A DNA stretch of 64,000 nucleotides from Octopus sinensis (taxonomy: Eukaryota), in contig NC_043005.1 of the NCBI RefSeq assembly GCF_006345805.1, positions 5,208,001 through 5,272,000 on the forward strand, read 5' to 3'. The notes under the pieces were generated by a model that saw only the letters and a program-made list of their open reading frames with translations, was not told where the DNA came from and did not search any database. Made by a program: the position numbers and the translations under genes. Shown piece by piece: positions 1 through 12,310 of the stretch (the stretch's first letter is position 1; every line of letters begins with the position of its first letter).

Positions 1-8
1 ATATATAT

Positions 9-412
9 ATATTATTGGTGAATTGAAGAAATGGAGCTGAACGAAGATTGAACAGAAATCGTTTTATTTCATTCTACACGTGTTTCGAAAGGCACAATTT
101 ACCAAAATCCGATTGAATAATGAGACCATATTGTGTCTTTCTCTTCAGGAAGAAATAGGAAATCTGTTGGAAAAAACAAAAACAGAACAGAGGCGGAGCA
201 AAACAAATCGAACTAGGCTCCTAAGAGCCCATGGCAAAACAATTTCTTCAATTCACCAATAATATCTTAATTTCAATTATCCGCACCAACGCACGGTTGC
301 AACACCATATGGTTGTACCTCCAACCGTGCTGTCTTCTGCTGTGATTTTTGCTACCAAGGTATCGGTTAAACTTTGATTAATCTGCTACAAGATTATTCG
401 TCTTTCTATTTC
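9..412 (-). mobile_element. Short Penelope-like (PLE)-type element with a 24-bp inverted repeat (9-32 / 242-265), flanked by (TA)n
   Basis: atattattggtgaattgaagaaat (9-32) is the exact reverse complement of 242-265. Contains a hammerhead motif. TA tracts on both sides. PLE assignment is inferred from hammerhead plus inverted tail. Confidence 0.6.
66..156 (-). ncRNA. Type-I hammerhead ribozyme, intact core
   Basis: Minus strand reads AUUUCUUC-CUGAAGA-GAAAGACACAAU-(31 nt loop)-AUUGUGCCUUUC-GAAA-CACGUG-UA-GAAUGAAAU. All core nucleotides are present, stem II is 12 bp with one mismatch, stem III is palindromic and stem I is 8 bp with one bulge. Confidence 0.8.
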
Positions 413-461
413 ACATATATATATAATATATATATACATATATATACATATATATATATAC

Positions 462-528
<67 letters not shown>

Positions 529-541
529 ATAATATATTATA

Positions 542-577
<36 letters not shown>
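413..577. repeat. (TA)n microsatellite
   Basis: Visible dinucleotide run. Confidence 0.95.
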
Positions 578-580
<3 letters not shown>

Positions 581-2620
581 GCTGTTGGATCAGGTAATGA
601 AGGTTACGGAGAGGGTCATAGCCCAACTAATTAGAGAGAGAGTTAGTTTAGATGAGATGCAGTTTGGGTTTGTCCCAGGGAAAAGCACCACTGATGCTAT
701 ATTCCTGGTAAGGCAGCTGCAGGAGAAATACCTAGCCAAAGATAAGCCCCTGTACCTGGCTTTCGTTGACATGGAGAAAGCCTTTGATAGGGTCCCCCGA
801 TCCCTCATCTGGTGGTCAATGAGGAAACTAGGGATAGATGAATGGCTGGTGAGGGCTGTGCAAGCCATGTACAGAGATGCCGTAAGTAAGGTTAGAGTTG
901 GCAGCATGTACACAGAAGAATTCAAGGTAGAGTTGGTGGGGCACCAGGGTTCAGTACTCAGCCCCCTCCTATTTATCATAGTCCTCCAGGAAATTGTGGA
1001 GGAATTCAAGACAGGTGCCCCTGGGAGCTCCTCTATGCTGACGACCTCGCTCTAATCGCTGAGTCACTATCAGAACTGAGGAGAAGTCCAGAGTGTTGGA
1101 AGGAGGGTTTAGAATCGAGGGGCCTTAGAGTCAACCTAGCTAAAACCAAAGTACTAATAAGTAGAAAGTTAGAAAATCCACAAATATCCTCAGGAAGATG
1201 CCCTGCTCGATCTGTAGAAAGGAGTTGTAGGTAGAAACTCTATAAGATGTACCCAGTGTAAGCTATGGACACATAAGAGGTGCAGCAATGTCAAAGGTAG
1301 GCTAACTGGGAAGATAGTTTTTGTATGTGGCAGATGCTCTGGAGCATTGACCTCCGAAAATCTGCAGAAAACAACTTCCGTCACTTTCCGGGGGGAAAAA
1401 CTAGAAGTAGTTGATAGCTTCCGCTATCTAGGTGACCAAGTCAGTAGTGGGGGCGGGTGCGCTGAAAGTGTAACTGCTAGAATAAGAATAGCCTGGGCAA
1501 AGTTTAGGGAGCTCTTACCTCTGCTGGTGACTAAAGGCCTCTCGCTCAGAGTAAAAGGCAGACTGTATGATGCATGTGTACGAACAGCTATGCTACATGG
1601 CAGTGAAACATGGCCGTGACTGTTGAGGACATGCGTAAGCTCGTGAGGAACGAAGCCAGTATGCTCCGATGGATGTGTAATGTCAGTGTACTTACTCGAC
1701 AGAGCGTTAGTACCTTGAGAGAAATGTTGTTACCTAAGAAGCATCAGTTGTTGTGTGCAAGAGAGACGATTGCGCTGGTATGGTCATGTGGTGAGAATGG
1801 ATGAAGATAGGTGTGTGAGAAAGTGCCAATCCCTAGCAGTTGGGAATCCGTGGAAGAGGTAGACCCAGGAAAACCTGGGACGAAGTGGTGAAGCACGACC
1901 TTCGGATGTTAGGTCTCACCATGGAAATGACTAGAGACCGAGACCTATGGAAGTATGCTGTGCGTGAGAAGACCCGGCAAGACTAGTGAAGCCATAATCC
2001 GTGGCCCCTACCTGGGACGTAGTCAGTCCACCTGTGCATACCTTCCTTCTTGTGACACTTGTGAAGACCTGTTGAGGCAAAGAGTGAGAATCGAATCAAA
2101 TCAAATCAAATCGAACCAAATCAAAATAGATGAACATCAATGGAATTTGTATCCTTGTGGTACCAGTGCCGGTGGCACATAAGAAAACCATCCGAACGTG
2201 ATCGTAGCCAGTACCGCAACGACTGGCCTCCGTGCTGAGGGCACGTAACAAACACCATCCGAGCGTGGCCGTCCGCCAGCCCCATCTGGCACCTGTGTCG
2301 GTGACACATAAGAAAACACCATCCGAGCGTGGCCGTCAGCCAGCCTCGTCTGGCACCTGTGTCGGTGGCACATAAAAAAACACCATCCGAGCGTGGCCGT
2401 CTGCCAGCATCGTCTGGCACCTGTGTCGGTGGCACATAAAATCACCCACTACACTCTCGGAGTGGTTGGCGTTAGGAAGGGCATCCAGCTGTAGAAACAC
2501 TGCCAGATCTGACTGGCCCGGTGCAGCCTTCGGGCTTGCCAGACCCCAGTTGAACCGTCCAACCCATGCTAGCATGGAAAGCGGACGTTAAACGATGATG
2601 ATGATGATGATGATGATGAT
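581..2620 (+). mobile_element. 5'-truncated RTE-clade LINE (frameshifted RT, 3' UTR, (GAT)n tail)
   Basis: ORF 585-1055 has the RT motifs QFGFVPGKSTTDAIF, FVDMEKAFDRV and QGSVLSPLLF. YADD follows at 1034-1045 after a frameshift. Further on are FRYLGD and MLHGSETW, and the 3' end is ...ggacgttaaacgatgatgat. Confidence 0.93.
2170..2440 (+). repeat. ~61-bp minisatellite in the RTE 3' UTR (3 close units plus diverged ones)
   Basis: Unit caccatccgagcgtggccgtcNgccagc..tctggcacctgtgtcggtgRcacataa is repeated. Confidence 0.85.
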
Positions 2621-2635
2621 ATATATATACATATG

Positions 2636-2860
2636 AGAGAGAAACCACTATGCTAGAATAGATCCGCAATAGTCATACCACTAAGAAATGTTCTCAAGAA
2701 AAATTCAACTAAACAACCAAAATGTAATCGAGCAAGACAAAAGAAAAGCAATAAAAAAATAATACAAATATGCTGAATTTTTCTCGAGAACATTTCTTAG
2801 TGGTATGACCATAGCAGATCTATTTCTAGCATAAGGGTGTCCACATAGTGGTTTCTCTCT
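2636..2860. mobile_element. Fold-back/MITE-like element with ~70-85 bp inverted arms
   Basis: 2636-2707 is the reverse complement of 2774-2860, apart from a ~14-nt deletion in the left arm and a few substitutions. Confidence 0.7.
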
Positions 2861-2984
2861 AATAGGTATATAATACAATTTTACTGAAACTTCAGTTTCT
2901 TTTTATATGCCAGACCACTGGTGTGAAATCGATGTTAATTAAAGTAATATCTAATTTCTCACCCTCATTTTAAATTTATATATA

Positions 2985-3318
2985 TATATTCTTGTTTTAG
3001 TCATTAGACTGTGGCCATGCTGAGGCAGTGGCTTGAAGAATTTTTTTAAAGACAGGTACTTATACAATCAGTCTTCTTTTGCTAAGTTATAGTGACGTAA
3101 ACACCGACATTGGTTGTCAAACAGTGGTGGGGGAACAAACAGATACACACACACACACACATATGTACATGAAGGGCTTCTTTCAGTTTCCGTCAACCAA
3201 ATCCACTCACAGGGCTTTGGTCGGCCCAAGGCTAGCCCAAAGTGCAATATAGTGGGACTGAACCCAGAACCATGTGCTCAGGAAGCAAACTGCTTACCAC
3301 TCAGCCATGCCTGTGCTT
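2985..3318 (-). mobile_element. tRNA-type SINE family A
   Basis: Head on the minus strand, ggctgagtggtaag...gggttcagtcccact, with the body gtggatttggttgacggaaactgaaagaagccc shared with many copies in the window. Confidence 0.8.
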
Positions 3319-3724
3319 ATACACAGCCGTCTATATATCACTGATATTACTGTATCACTAACGTCCTTGGCGAAAAAGACAAGAACTCCGCCACTTCCTT
3401 CCCACCATACTCCTCCCCCACCTTAATGATCTTACCCCTCCCCTCACTGGCTTCTATGCCCATATAAAGAAACCATCGCCCTCTCACCCTCCCAACTTCC
3501 CTCCCTGTTTCCCTGTAGTAATAAGTGTGTTATGACAGATCTGTTCCCCTCCTGTTCATTAAATAGGCGGCATGAAATAACGGTCACCAGCTGTAACAAC
3601 AACACGAGGGAGAGAGAGAGGGGGGGAGGAGGAGAAGGGCTCTACGCGATTGTTCCGTCTGCTAGAAGTAACAGTCAAATCTGTTTTCAATCGAGCCTTG
3701 TCATAAAACTGATGTTTACATCTG

Positions 3725-3727
3725 CAG

Positions 3728-3780
<53 letters not shown>

Positions 3781-4160
3781 AACGGGAGAAATATAGAAGA
3801 AAGAAGGCAAGCGCTAAATAATGTGTGAAAGGGTCTGTATATGTATGTGTATATGTGTATTTATGTGTATATGCATAAATGTTGTATGTGTGTGTATGTA
3901 TAAATGTGTCTTTGTATGTATGAATGTATTTATGTGTGTGTATATATGTATTTTTGTATGAATATGTATGTAAAGTATGGATGTGTATGTATATGTGTGT
4001 GTATGTTTGCTTGTAAGTACACATGTATGTGTGTTTATGTACATATGAATGTATATATGCATGTGTGTGTATATATATATATGCGTGTGTGTGTGTGTGT
4101 GTGTGTGTATCTATGCATTGTATATATCTGTGAAGAAAAATGTGTGTGTGTGTGTGTGTA
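3725..4160. repeat. (AG)n plus mixed (TA/TG/TATG)n microsatellite
   Basis: Visible simple repeats. Confidence 0.9.
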
Positions 4161-4592
4161 GATGGATAGCGACAAACTACCGCCCTTTTACCAAGAAAGC
4201 AGTGATAGAATGTATTTTTACATTCAGCCGAAATCGCTTTACGGACGACAACCGAAACAGAGACTTGTTCTTGTTGCAAAGACAACACGTAATAATTATC
4301 AAGTATCTTTTGTCCTTTACTTGTTTCAGTCATTGGACTGTGGCCATGCTGGAGCACTGCCTCGAAGGGTTTAGTCAGACAAATTGACTGCAGTACCTGT
4401 TTTTCTTTTTTAAAGCCCGGTATTTATTCTGTTGGTCCATTTTGTTGAACCGCTAAGTTATGGGACGTAAATAAACTAACACTGTCAGCTGGTGGGGCAG
4501 ACAAAGGCACTTACATATACATATTTACACACACACACACGCGCACATGTGTGTGTATGTATATGTGTATATATATATATTATATATATGTA

Positions 4593-5486
4593 CACGAGGT
4601 CTGATCAATAAGTATCTGGACTGTTGCCACAGTAACGAAGCTAAAGCACACAGAATGAAGCCGCCACTTGGCAAAGATTGACCTTAATCTCTACTGTGCA
4701 TGCACACTAGATTTTAATGTTCTAGCTCACTTCCAATGTTTACAGCAGTGCTTGGAAGGAAGGTGTGTAGCATGTGATTGTTGCAATGACCATGACAGAT
4801 GAAGTTGTCGTCTCGATACCTACTCAGAGGTCTCCGCAAAGTTGCAGAAAGTGTACCGAGAGGAGTGTATGAGCTGCGCACACAAGTGGTTCGGAGGTTT
4901 CCAAGATGGCCCCAAAAAAATGTTGATATTGACGAATGTTCTGGGAGACTCACAACCAGCAGAACTGAGAAAAACATTGCAGATGTGTGTGCAGCTGTGA
5001 GGGAAAATTGTCAAATGACCATCCGTGAGTTATCAGAGGATGTGAAGATTAGACATGGTTCAGTTCAGTCCATTACCACTGAAGATTTGGGTATGAGATG
5101 CATGTCTGCCAAGTTTGTCCCAAAACTGCTTTCAGCTGACCAAAAAGCCACTTGGGTTTCAGTTGCACAAGATCTTGATTGTCTTGAGAACGGTGAAAAC
5201 TTTTTGAAAACTTGGTGTAGGTCTCTGAGCAGGTATTACCAAGCTTTTAGCAAAATTTGATGCAGATTCTCTGCTGAAATTTTTTCTCTTGTGATCAATG
5301 CAATGGTCACACACTACACATCTTCCTTCCAAATACTGCTGTAAACAGTGGAAGTGAGTCAGAATGTTAAAATTTAGTGTGCATGCACAGCAGAGTTCAC
5401 GGTCAATCTGTGCCAAGCAGCTTTACTCTGTGTGCTATAAGTTTGTTACTATAGCAACAGTCCAGATACTTATTGATGAGACCACA
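4593..5486 (+). mobile_element. Non-autonomous mariner element with ~190-bp inverted arms and an N-terminal transposase fragment
   Basis: 4593-4795 is inverted at ~5290-5486 (ends cacgaggtctgatcaataagtatctgga / tccagatacttattgatgagacc). Internal translation ...TIRELSEDVKIRHGSVQSITTEDLGMRCMSAKFVPKLL matches the mariner HTH and WVPxxL region. TA lies at the left end. Confidence 0.85.
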
Positions 5487-5549
5487 TATATATATATGGT
5501 AAGATCAGCCATGATGGATATATAATACTATACATTTTACATTTTGGAT

Positions 5550-5925
5550 GTGACTGTGTGATAAGTAGTTTGCTTACCAACCATATGGTTCCAGGTTCAG
5601 TCCCACTGCGTGGCACCTTTGGCAAGTGTCTTCCACTATAGCTTTGGATTGACCAAAGACTTGTGAGTGAATCTGGTAGATGGAAACTGAAAGAAGCCCA
5701 TTGTATATATATATATGTTTGTGTGTCTGTCTTTGTCCCTCTACCATCGCTTAACAACCAATGTTGCTGTGTTTACATCCCCGTAATGTAGCAGTTTGGC
5801 AAAACAGACCAATAGAATAAGTACTAGGCTTACAAAAGAATAAATCCTGGGATTGATTTGTTTGACTAAAGGCAGTGCTCCAGCATGGCCACAGTCAAAT
5901 GACTGAAAAAAATAAAAGAATAAAG
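5550..5925 (+). mobile_element. SINE family A, near full length
   Basis: Same head, body and tail (ctccagcatggccacagtcaaatgactga) as other copies. Confidence 0.85.
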
Positions 5926-6094
5926 AATATATAAAGTAGCTGATTTTAAATATACACACACAAACACACATATTTACATGCATATATATACACACACATG
6001 TATATATACTTACATATGTATGTATATATGTATATATACACACAGGGCGTTCAATTAAATAATAATAATAATAAATAATATGTGTGTGTGTGTG

Positions 6095-6123
<29 letters not shown>

Positions 6124-6125
<2 letters not shown>

Positions 6126-6370
6126 CAGGTCATCCCATAAGTTCTGTCCAAATTTTGAATAAAGAAAATAAGTGATCAAATGTTATATTAAATTCAAATA
6201 TCAATGTACTTTCCCTGATTATCAATGACTTCCTTCCATCTATTTACAAGCTTTTTAATCCCATCAATGTAAAGTTCGTTTGATTTCAAAGCGAAGAACT
6301 CTGAAATGTCAGTTTCGACCTCCTCCTGGCTTGCGAAAGTTATGTCCCCCAAATGATTCTGAATAAGGTG
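6124..6370 (-). mobile_element. Mariner 3' end remnant (transposase C-terminus plus right TIR)
   Basis: IQNHLGDITFASQEEVETDISEFF..YIDGIKKLVNRWKEVIDNQGKYI is a typical mariner C-terminus. TIR-like tatcaggtcatcccataagt. Confidence 0.8.
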
Positions 6371-6489
6371 GATGAGGAATTTTTTCCCAACCAAGCTCTT
6401 CAATCTTCTGTGATGTGATCCTTGCAGTGAGGGGTTGCACATTGTCCTGACGAAACAAACATCACTCCCACAAGGAACTACACATAGAG

Positions 6490-6675
6490 GGGACAAAGAA
6501 GGACAAATGGATTAAGTCGATTATATCGACCTCAGTGTGTAACTGGCACTTATTTAATTGACCCCAAAAGGATGGAAGGCAAAGTCGACCTCGGCAGAAT
6601 TTGAACTCAGAACGTAGTGGCAGACGAAATACCACTAAGCATTTTGCCCAGCGTGCTAACATTTCTGCCAGCTCT
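6490..6675 (-). mobile_element. tRNA-type SINE family B
   Basis: Minus strand reads gagctggcagaaatgttagcacg...ttctgagttcaaattctgccgaggtcgactttgccttccatcc; the same family lies at 48108 and 57050. Confidence 0.8.
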
Positions 6676-7174
6676 ACACAGTTTCTATCCACCAAATTTT
6701 TTTCACAATGCATTAACCAGCCTGAGGTTATAGCAGGAAACAGTTACCCAAGTATCAAGCAGTGGGATTGAACCTCTAACCCATATGGTTGCGAAATAAA
6801 CTTCTTAACAATACAGCCACGCCTGCACCTGATGCTTAAAAAAATTAGAATAATACTGGAAAATCTCACATGGAATAATCCCATCTGTGGCAGACATTAT
6901 TTCTTCACTTAGTTTTCTTTGTAATAGAGATTTCAGTTGTGTTTTAAAGCCCCTTGTCAGCCGTTTACTGGGGTAAATCTCTGATACTGATTAGGAATGA
7001 AACTTAAGAAGAAAAAATGCAAATGAAGGCGGAGCTTCCATGTAGTCAACTCGCTCTGGGAGAAATATCAGCCAAATCTCACTCAAATCAGACTCTATTA
7101 TATCTATATCTATATCTATATATATATGTATATGTATATATATGTATATATGTGCATGTGCACACAGACGTGCA

Positions 7175-7240
<66 letters not shown>

Positions 7241-7816
7241 CTATATATATATATATAATTTATTAAAAGAAAGAAGAAAAAAATGTGAGAAAGTAGTACA
7301 TGCAAAGTATTAATGAGACACTCAGAGAAGGAAAGAAAGAGTGGTTGTTTTATATTTTGAGCTTAGCTCTTCATTGGAAACAGGAGACTTAGGAAAGTTC
7401 AAAAGAAAAGGAAGAATAAGGAAAAAAAATTGCCTACAGTCCATGTGTAGTTACATTTTTGAGATGACTGGAAGTAGATGGACAAAGTGAAAGTGTTTTC
7501 TGGGACAGGAAAATGTGAAGAAGGAATGGAGGTCAGGCATGGTGTGAGGGTGTGGGTTATGGCGAGGAAGAGGAAAAAGAAGGAGAGTGGAAGTAGAACT
7601 GAAGATAAGTCAAGGGAAGACAAGTGGAGAGGAAGAGTCACGGACAAATTGTAATGATTCACATAGATAGATATGTATATACATACTTATGTGTTTTGTC
7701 AAATGTATGAGAAAAGAGTGCTCAATACATCTTGTAGAGTACATTATTATTTTTTTTTTGAAATTGAAATGGAGAGCTTGTCTTGCAGCTCATGCTTCAA
7801 TAAAAACCCATATAGA

Positions 7817-8958
7817 CAGGGTGTGTAAGGTATTTGAGGGCAATTTTTTTTTACAAAATCATACATACAATTAGAGAAAACAACTGTATCAATGAAAAAA
7901 TTTGCACATATAAGATTATCTTCATTATAATCTTATCAGTGGAACTACCTTCCACATTAATAGCTGCTTCTATGCGAAATCTGAATTGTCTATATACTCA
8001 AATTAAATGGTTCTGTCTCATATCTGATATTATGATATTATGTTTATGAACATTGTTAGCCCTCCATTCTTGGGTTGCTTGAGCCTTACGTGATGGTGCA
8101 GAGTCCTGCTGAAACATGTACAACCATATGAGTGTTCCCTGCTTCCTCTTCCCTGTCCCCCCCCCTCCTACTTTGCATTCTCTATTTATCCAGGGCTTGA
8201 CAACTGTTTCTATGACCTCAATGTAACCAGTGGAGTTAACTCTAAGGCCTTGTGGAAAGAAGTGAGGAGGCATCACATGTCCTTAATTACTGATAAGTAG
8301 AAAATCCATGATTGTTGGAACTTCAGAAGGGTCCGAACATAACCATCTGTGCTTTTTTTTCTGTTAATCTTCTGGTCCTGGTCAAAGATTTTCTCATCTG
8401 AGAGAAACCAAATCACTTTGTATACTTCTAGGTTTTGAACATTGATTAATAGCCTTTTAGATCTGATTAAATGATTTCCCTTTGATTGTTTCTGACATGA
8501 ATTGGCCACTCCTCATCATGTAAGACTTGTGCAGGATGTCTTTGTGAACAACATTTCTGATTGTCCCTTCTAACACATGGATGTCTTTTGCAATTGACCT
8601 CATGGATTTTCTGGGATTTCTGTCAATAATCTGCTGAACTTGTTGAATAAATTTGGGCGTTCTGATGATATCAGAGCATTGGGAATGCTTTTTGTGTTAT
8701 GATACTGGTGGCACTTTTCCATCTGAGGCTTCTAACTCCTTGTGAACTTTGTAGACAAAAGATATGGCGACTTTCAAAAATTGAGCTATCTCTAAATTGT
8801 TGCGCTCAGCCTTTAAGGCCGCAATTACAGCATGCCTCTTCATTTCTTGGATAAGCTGAGTGTCTGCTATTATTTTCTGAAACATAAATGACATAAAGTT
8901 GATTTAAACGCAATACTAAGTAAAAAAATGTCATGTTCTCAAATAGCCTGTGTACCAC
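7817..8958 (-). mobile_element. Degenerate Tc1/mariner-superfamily transposon, maT/DD37D-like
   Basis: Collinear broken ORFs: MKRHAVIAALKAERNNLEIAQFLKV (HTH), WFLSDEKIFDQDQKIN (first D), MPPHFFPQGLRVN...FQQDSAPS (second D) and C-terminal RIEAAINVEG. Ends are approximate (cagggtg-type TIR). Confidence 0.75.
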
Positions 8959-8959
8959 C

Positions 8960-9117
8960 ATCATCATCATCATCGTTTAGCGTCCGCTTTTCATGCTGGC
9001 ATGGGTTGGATGGTTCAACTGGGGTCTGGGAAGCCAGAAGGCTGCACCAGGCCCAGTCTGATCTAGCAATGTTTCTACGGCTGGATGCCCTTCCTAACGC
9101 CAACCACTCCGTGAGTA
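8960..9117 (-). mobile_element. RTE 3' tail fragment
   Basis: catcatcgtttagcgtccgc...ggatgcccttcctaacgccaaccactc, the reverse complement of the 2450-2620 tail. Confidence 0.85.
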
Positions 9118-9122
9118 CCCTG

Positions 9123-9158
<36 letters not shown>

Positions 9159-10114
9159 CTTCACTGTTTGACAACTGGTGTTGGTTTGTTAACATCCATG
9201 TAACTTAGCAGTTTGGCAAAAGTGACTGCAAGGCGGTTCCCCAGCATGGTTGCAATCCAATGACTAAAATAAGCAAAGGAGAAAAAGAATAAATGGATAA
9301 TAGCAAAAGTTACTAACTTGTTGCCAATGATCAGGACCTGAAGGCAAAATTTATAAGGGAGAACAAGACTGTTTTCAGTCAATGGGGGATTTTCTCTTAC
9401 AATTCCTCTGGGGCCTGGATGGTTATGATGGGGAAAAAAATCATACGAAAAATATTCACAAAAGAAGGAAAATTGTAGAAGCTGGCAGATTTTATTTATT
9501 TATTTTAAGTTGTAGTTCATGAAATATGGATTTTTATGGGATTCTGGATTCTCCCTCTTGTAGGTCCTGCTAATGATGACAAGTTAAGTCAGACAACAGT
9601 TGGAGTATCCTGCCATTTTATCATCAATAATTATTACCTTCCTGTAATAACCCTAAATCAGGGATCAGTGAATGGTTTTCAAACAGCTGGTCAGATGTGA
9701 AATTTATCTGTCATTTTGACTTAGCGTAACTCAACCCTCTCCAGGGTTGAACCCTTGGTGATTTCTTCCAAAACGAAAGCATGAGATAAAGGGAAGAATT
9801 GACCCCAATACAAGACTGATACTTTATTTATCAATCCCCAAAAGGATGGAAGGAGAAAAAAAAAAGCAATAATCATGCAAAAGCAGTTTTGTCTCTTAAT
9901 TTTCTACATGTTATTTGCTTTTATGAAGGAATTACTACATATTTAAAGGCAGCAAACATTTGTATGTGCCACATACGGGGTGCACCCCTCCCACGCCCCA
10001 TCCCTTCATCAGTCTTGATAAACACTTTAACAGTAAACATGGTGTCCACTGCTCCAAACCATTGTGGTGACTCAGAAAAATGGTAAAACATTAGCTTTAT
10101 AAAATAGTGTTACC

Positions 10115-10495
10115 ATAGGTGCAAGAGTGGTTGTGTGATAAGAAGCTTGCTTCCCAACCACATGGTTTTGGGTTCAGTCCCACTGTGTGGCACCTTGTAC
10201 TATAGCCTCAGGCCAACCAAAGCCTCATGAGTAGTTTTGGTAGAGGAAAACTGAAAGAACCATGTTGTATATGTATCTGTGAGTGTGCGTGTGTGTGTCC
10301 CTCACCACTGCTTGACAACCATTGTTGGTGTGTTTATGTCCCTGTAACTCAGCGGTTCAGCAAAAGACCAATAGAATAAGTACTAGGCTTTAAAAAAAAC
10401 AATAAGTACTGGGGTTGATTTGTTTGGCTAAAATCCTTCAGGGTGGTGCCCCAGCTTGGCAACAGTCAAATGACTGAAACAAGTAAAAGATAAAA
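10115..10495 (+). mobile_element. SINE family A
   Basis: Head-to-tail similarity to 5550-5925. Confidence 0.8.
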
Positions 10496-10639
10496 GATCT
10501 AACTCCACTAGAGGCAATGGGAGATTTTCTGCTGCATCCTGTTGGATACATTATGTGCACGGTATATAGGGACTTAAGGACATAGGTATATGTGCCCTAG
10601 GACTCATAAAACTTGAGATTATCCCAGATTCACAGTATA

Positions 10640-10815
10640 TAAGCAACTGAGATAACAGCACTGCTACATAAATGAGATGCTTTTCTGTCACAGGGTAAGC
10701 AATGTGAAATGAAGTGTTTTGTTTAAGAACACAATGCATTACTCAGTCTTGAACTCAAAACCATGATCTTCCAATCATGAATGCAACACCCTAACCATAA
10801 GGCCATGTGCCTTCA
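10640..10815 (-). mobile_element. SINE family C fragment
   Basis: gtgaaatgaagtgttttgtttaagaacacaatgc...caccctaaccataaggccatg, matching other family C copies. Confidence 0.65.
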
Positions 10816-12129
10816 TCAAATATAGGGAAGAAAAGTTAAAATATTTTTAATCAGGCTGAATGGGAGCGATTGTGACTTTGAAGTGAAACATGGTACCAAC
10901 CAGTTTACTTACTTTCCTCTAAGGACAAGTAAACATTTCTATTTGTCACTCCCTCCTTTCTTCAACTCTTTTATTCATGTAAACTATAATACGACAACAT
11001 AGGTGATGGTATTAATCTTTGTTGCTACTCCATTCATAAAGGAAGGTGAAAGCATCTACTGTTTAAAATATCGCACCTGGGGAAACAAATTTACTATTTT
11101 TTACCAACTGAAGTAATCTCACAATCTTTTTTTTTTTTTTTATTGGTGGTGAGGGTGAGTATTTCTATAAAGCATTGATTTATTTGATGTGACTTGAAAA
11201 ATGTCTCTTTTTTTTCTCCATTTTTTGATACTGAATTATATTGTTCACTAACCAAAAATAGATAAAGAAACAAAAAAATTTTTGTGTGCAGCGTTACATC
11301 TTTATAATAGTAAAATTCAAAGTTTGTTTGTCTGTTTGTGTATTCCCGGATTTCAGAGAAAACAGCCGTTGTATTCATTAAAGTTGGTAAACTGGATGAA
11401 ATGAGATGGCGGGCCATAGTTTGCCAACCCCTGTATTATATAACTGCAAACACATACATGCATGCATACATAACTACATACACACCTATATATGCATACT
11501 TACATTCATACATAGCTTCATGCATACCCATACATACATTAATACATGCATACTAACATATCCTCTCATTCACTCATATATACACTCTCACTGTTACTCT
11601 CTCTCTCTCTCTTTCTCTCAGTCCCTCCCTCTCATTGTTTCTTTCTCCCTCTCTTCCTTTTCCCCTCTAAAGTGAACCCTATTAAAAATGGAGATGACAA
11701 ACAAAAAAGCAATAGTCTTTAATGCTAATACGGGATCTCACAGTGGAGTGAGAGAGGAGGTGGCACTGTTGATGAAATCAACCTCAGTATTTAGCTGGTA
11801 CCTATTTCATTTAATCACTCCAAGAAAGAGCACACTAAATGGATAGCAGAATTGTTGACCTGAGTTCAAATCCTGACTGCAGAAATTTGATCTTTAATCA
11901 TTCTGGTGACCAATAAACTGCTGAGGAGAGATATATTCAACTGTACACTCTCCAAAAAAAATTATGTCCTCATACAGGAGTTGTTCTGTTTGTTTTTTGC
12001 ATTTGTCTCATGGTTAATGAAATAGTTTCCTAAATTTGATGATGGGCCCTACCTAAATCATCTTATCTGTCCTCTTGCTCACAGCAAACGAATATCTAGA
12101 AAGGCTTGTCAGTGTGCCTCATGGTCTCA

Positions 12130-12310
12130 GTGAACAAAGTGGAAAAAACATTGCCCTGGATGATGGCAAGGGAAATGCACTAGAACAGCCACTCTTACTC
12201 ACAGGGCTTGCATTTGTGCATGACCATCTCTGCCCCATAAGCGATGAGCAAGGATGTGGTCCAGGGGCCAAGAACGCTAGAGGTCTCCACTGCCACATGT
12301 TTGATCACAC
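12130..12310 (-). pseudogene. Remnant of the restriction-like endonuclease C-terminus of a CRE/R2-like non-LTR retrotransposon
   Basis: Minus-strand translation HVAVETSSVLGPWTTSLL...E*EWLF*CISLAIIQGNVFSTL matches the recalled PvAvETxGvlG...LFQRiSxAiqrGNa pattern. Confidence 0.6.

Noticed and set aside
3716-4387. Long ORFs rich in H/T/Y/I/C/V (also 15429-16772, 22492-24029, 26422-28461, 43419-44000)
   Set aside because: Translations of microsatellites, not genes
5550-5620. tRNA-like A/B-box sequences at SINE heads
   Set aside because: No complete cloverleaf; they continue into SINE bodies, so they are not tRNA genes
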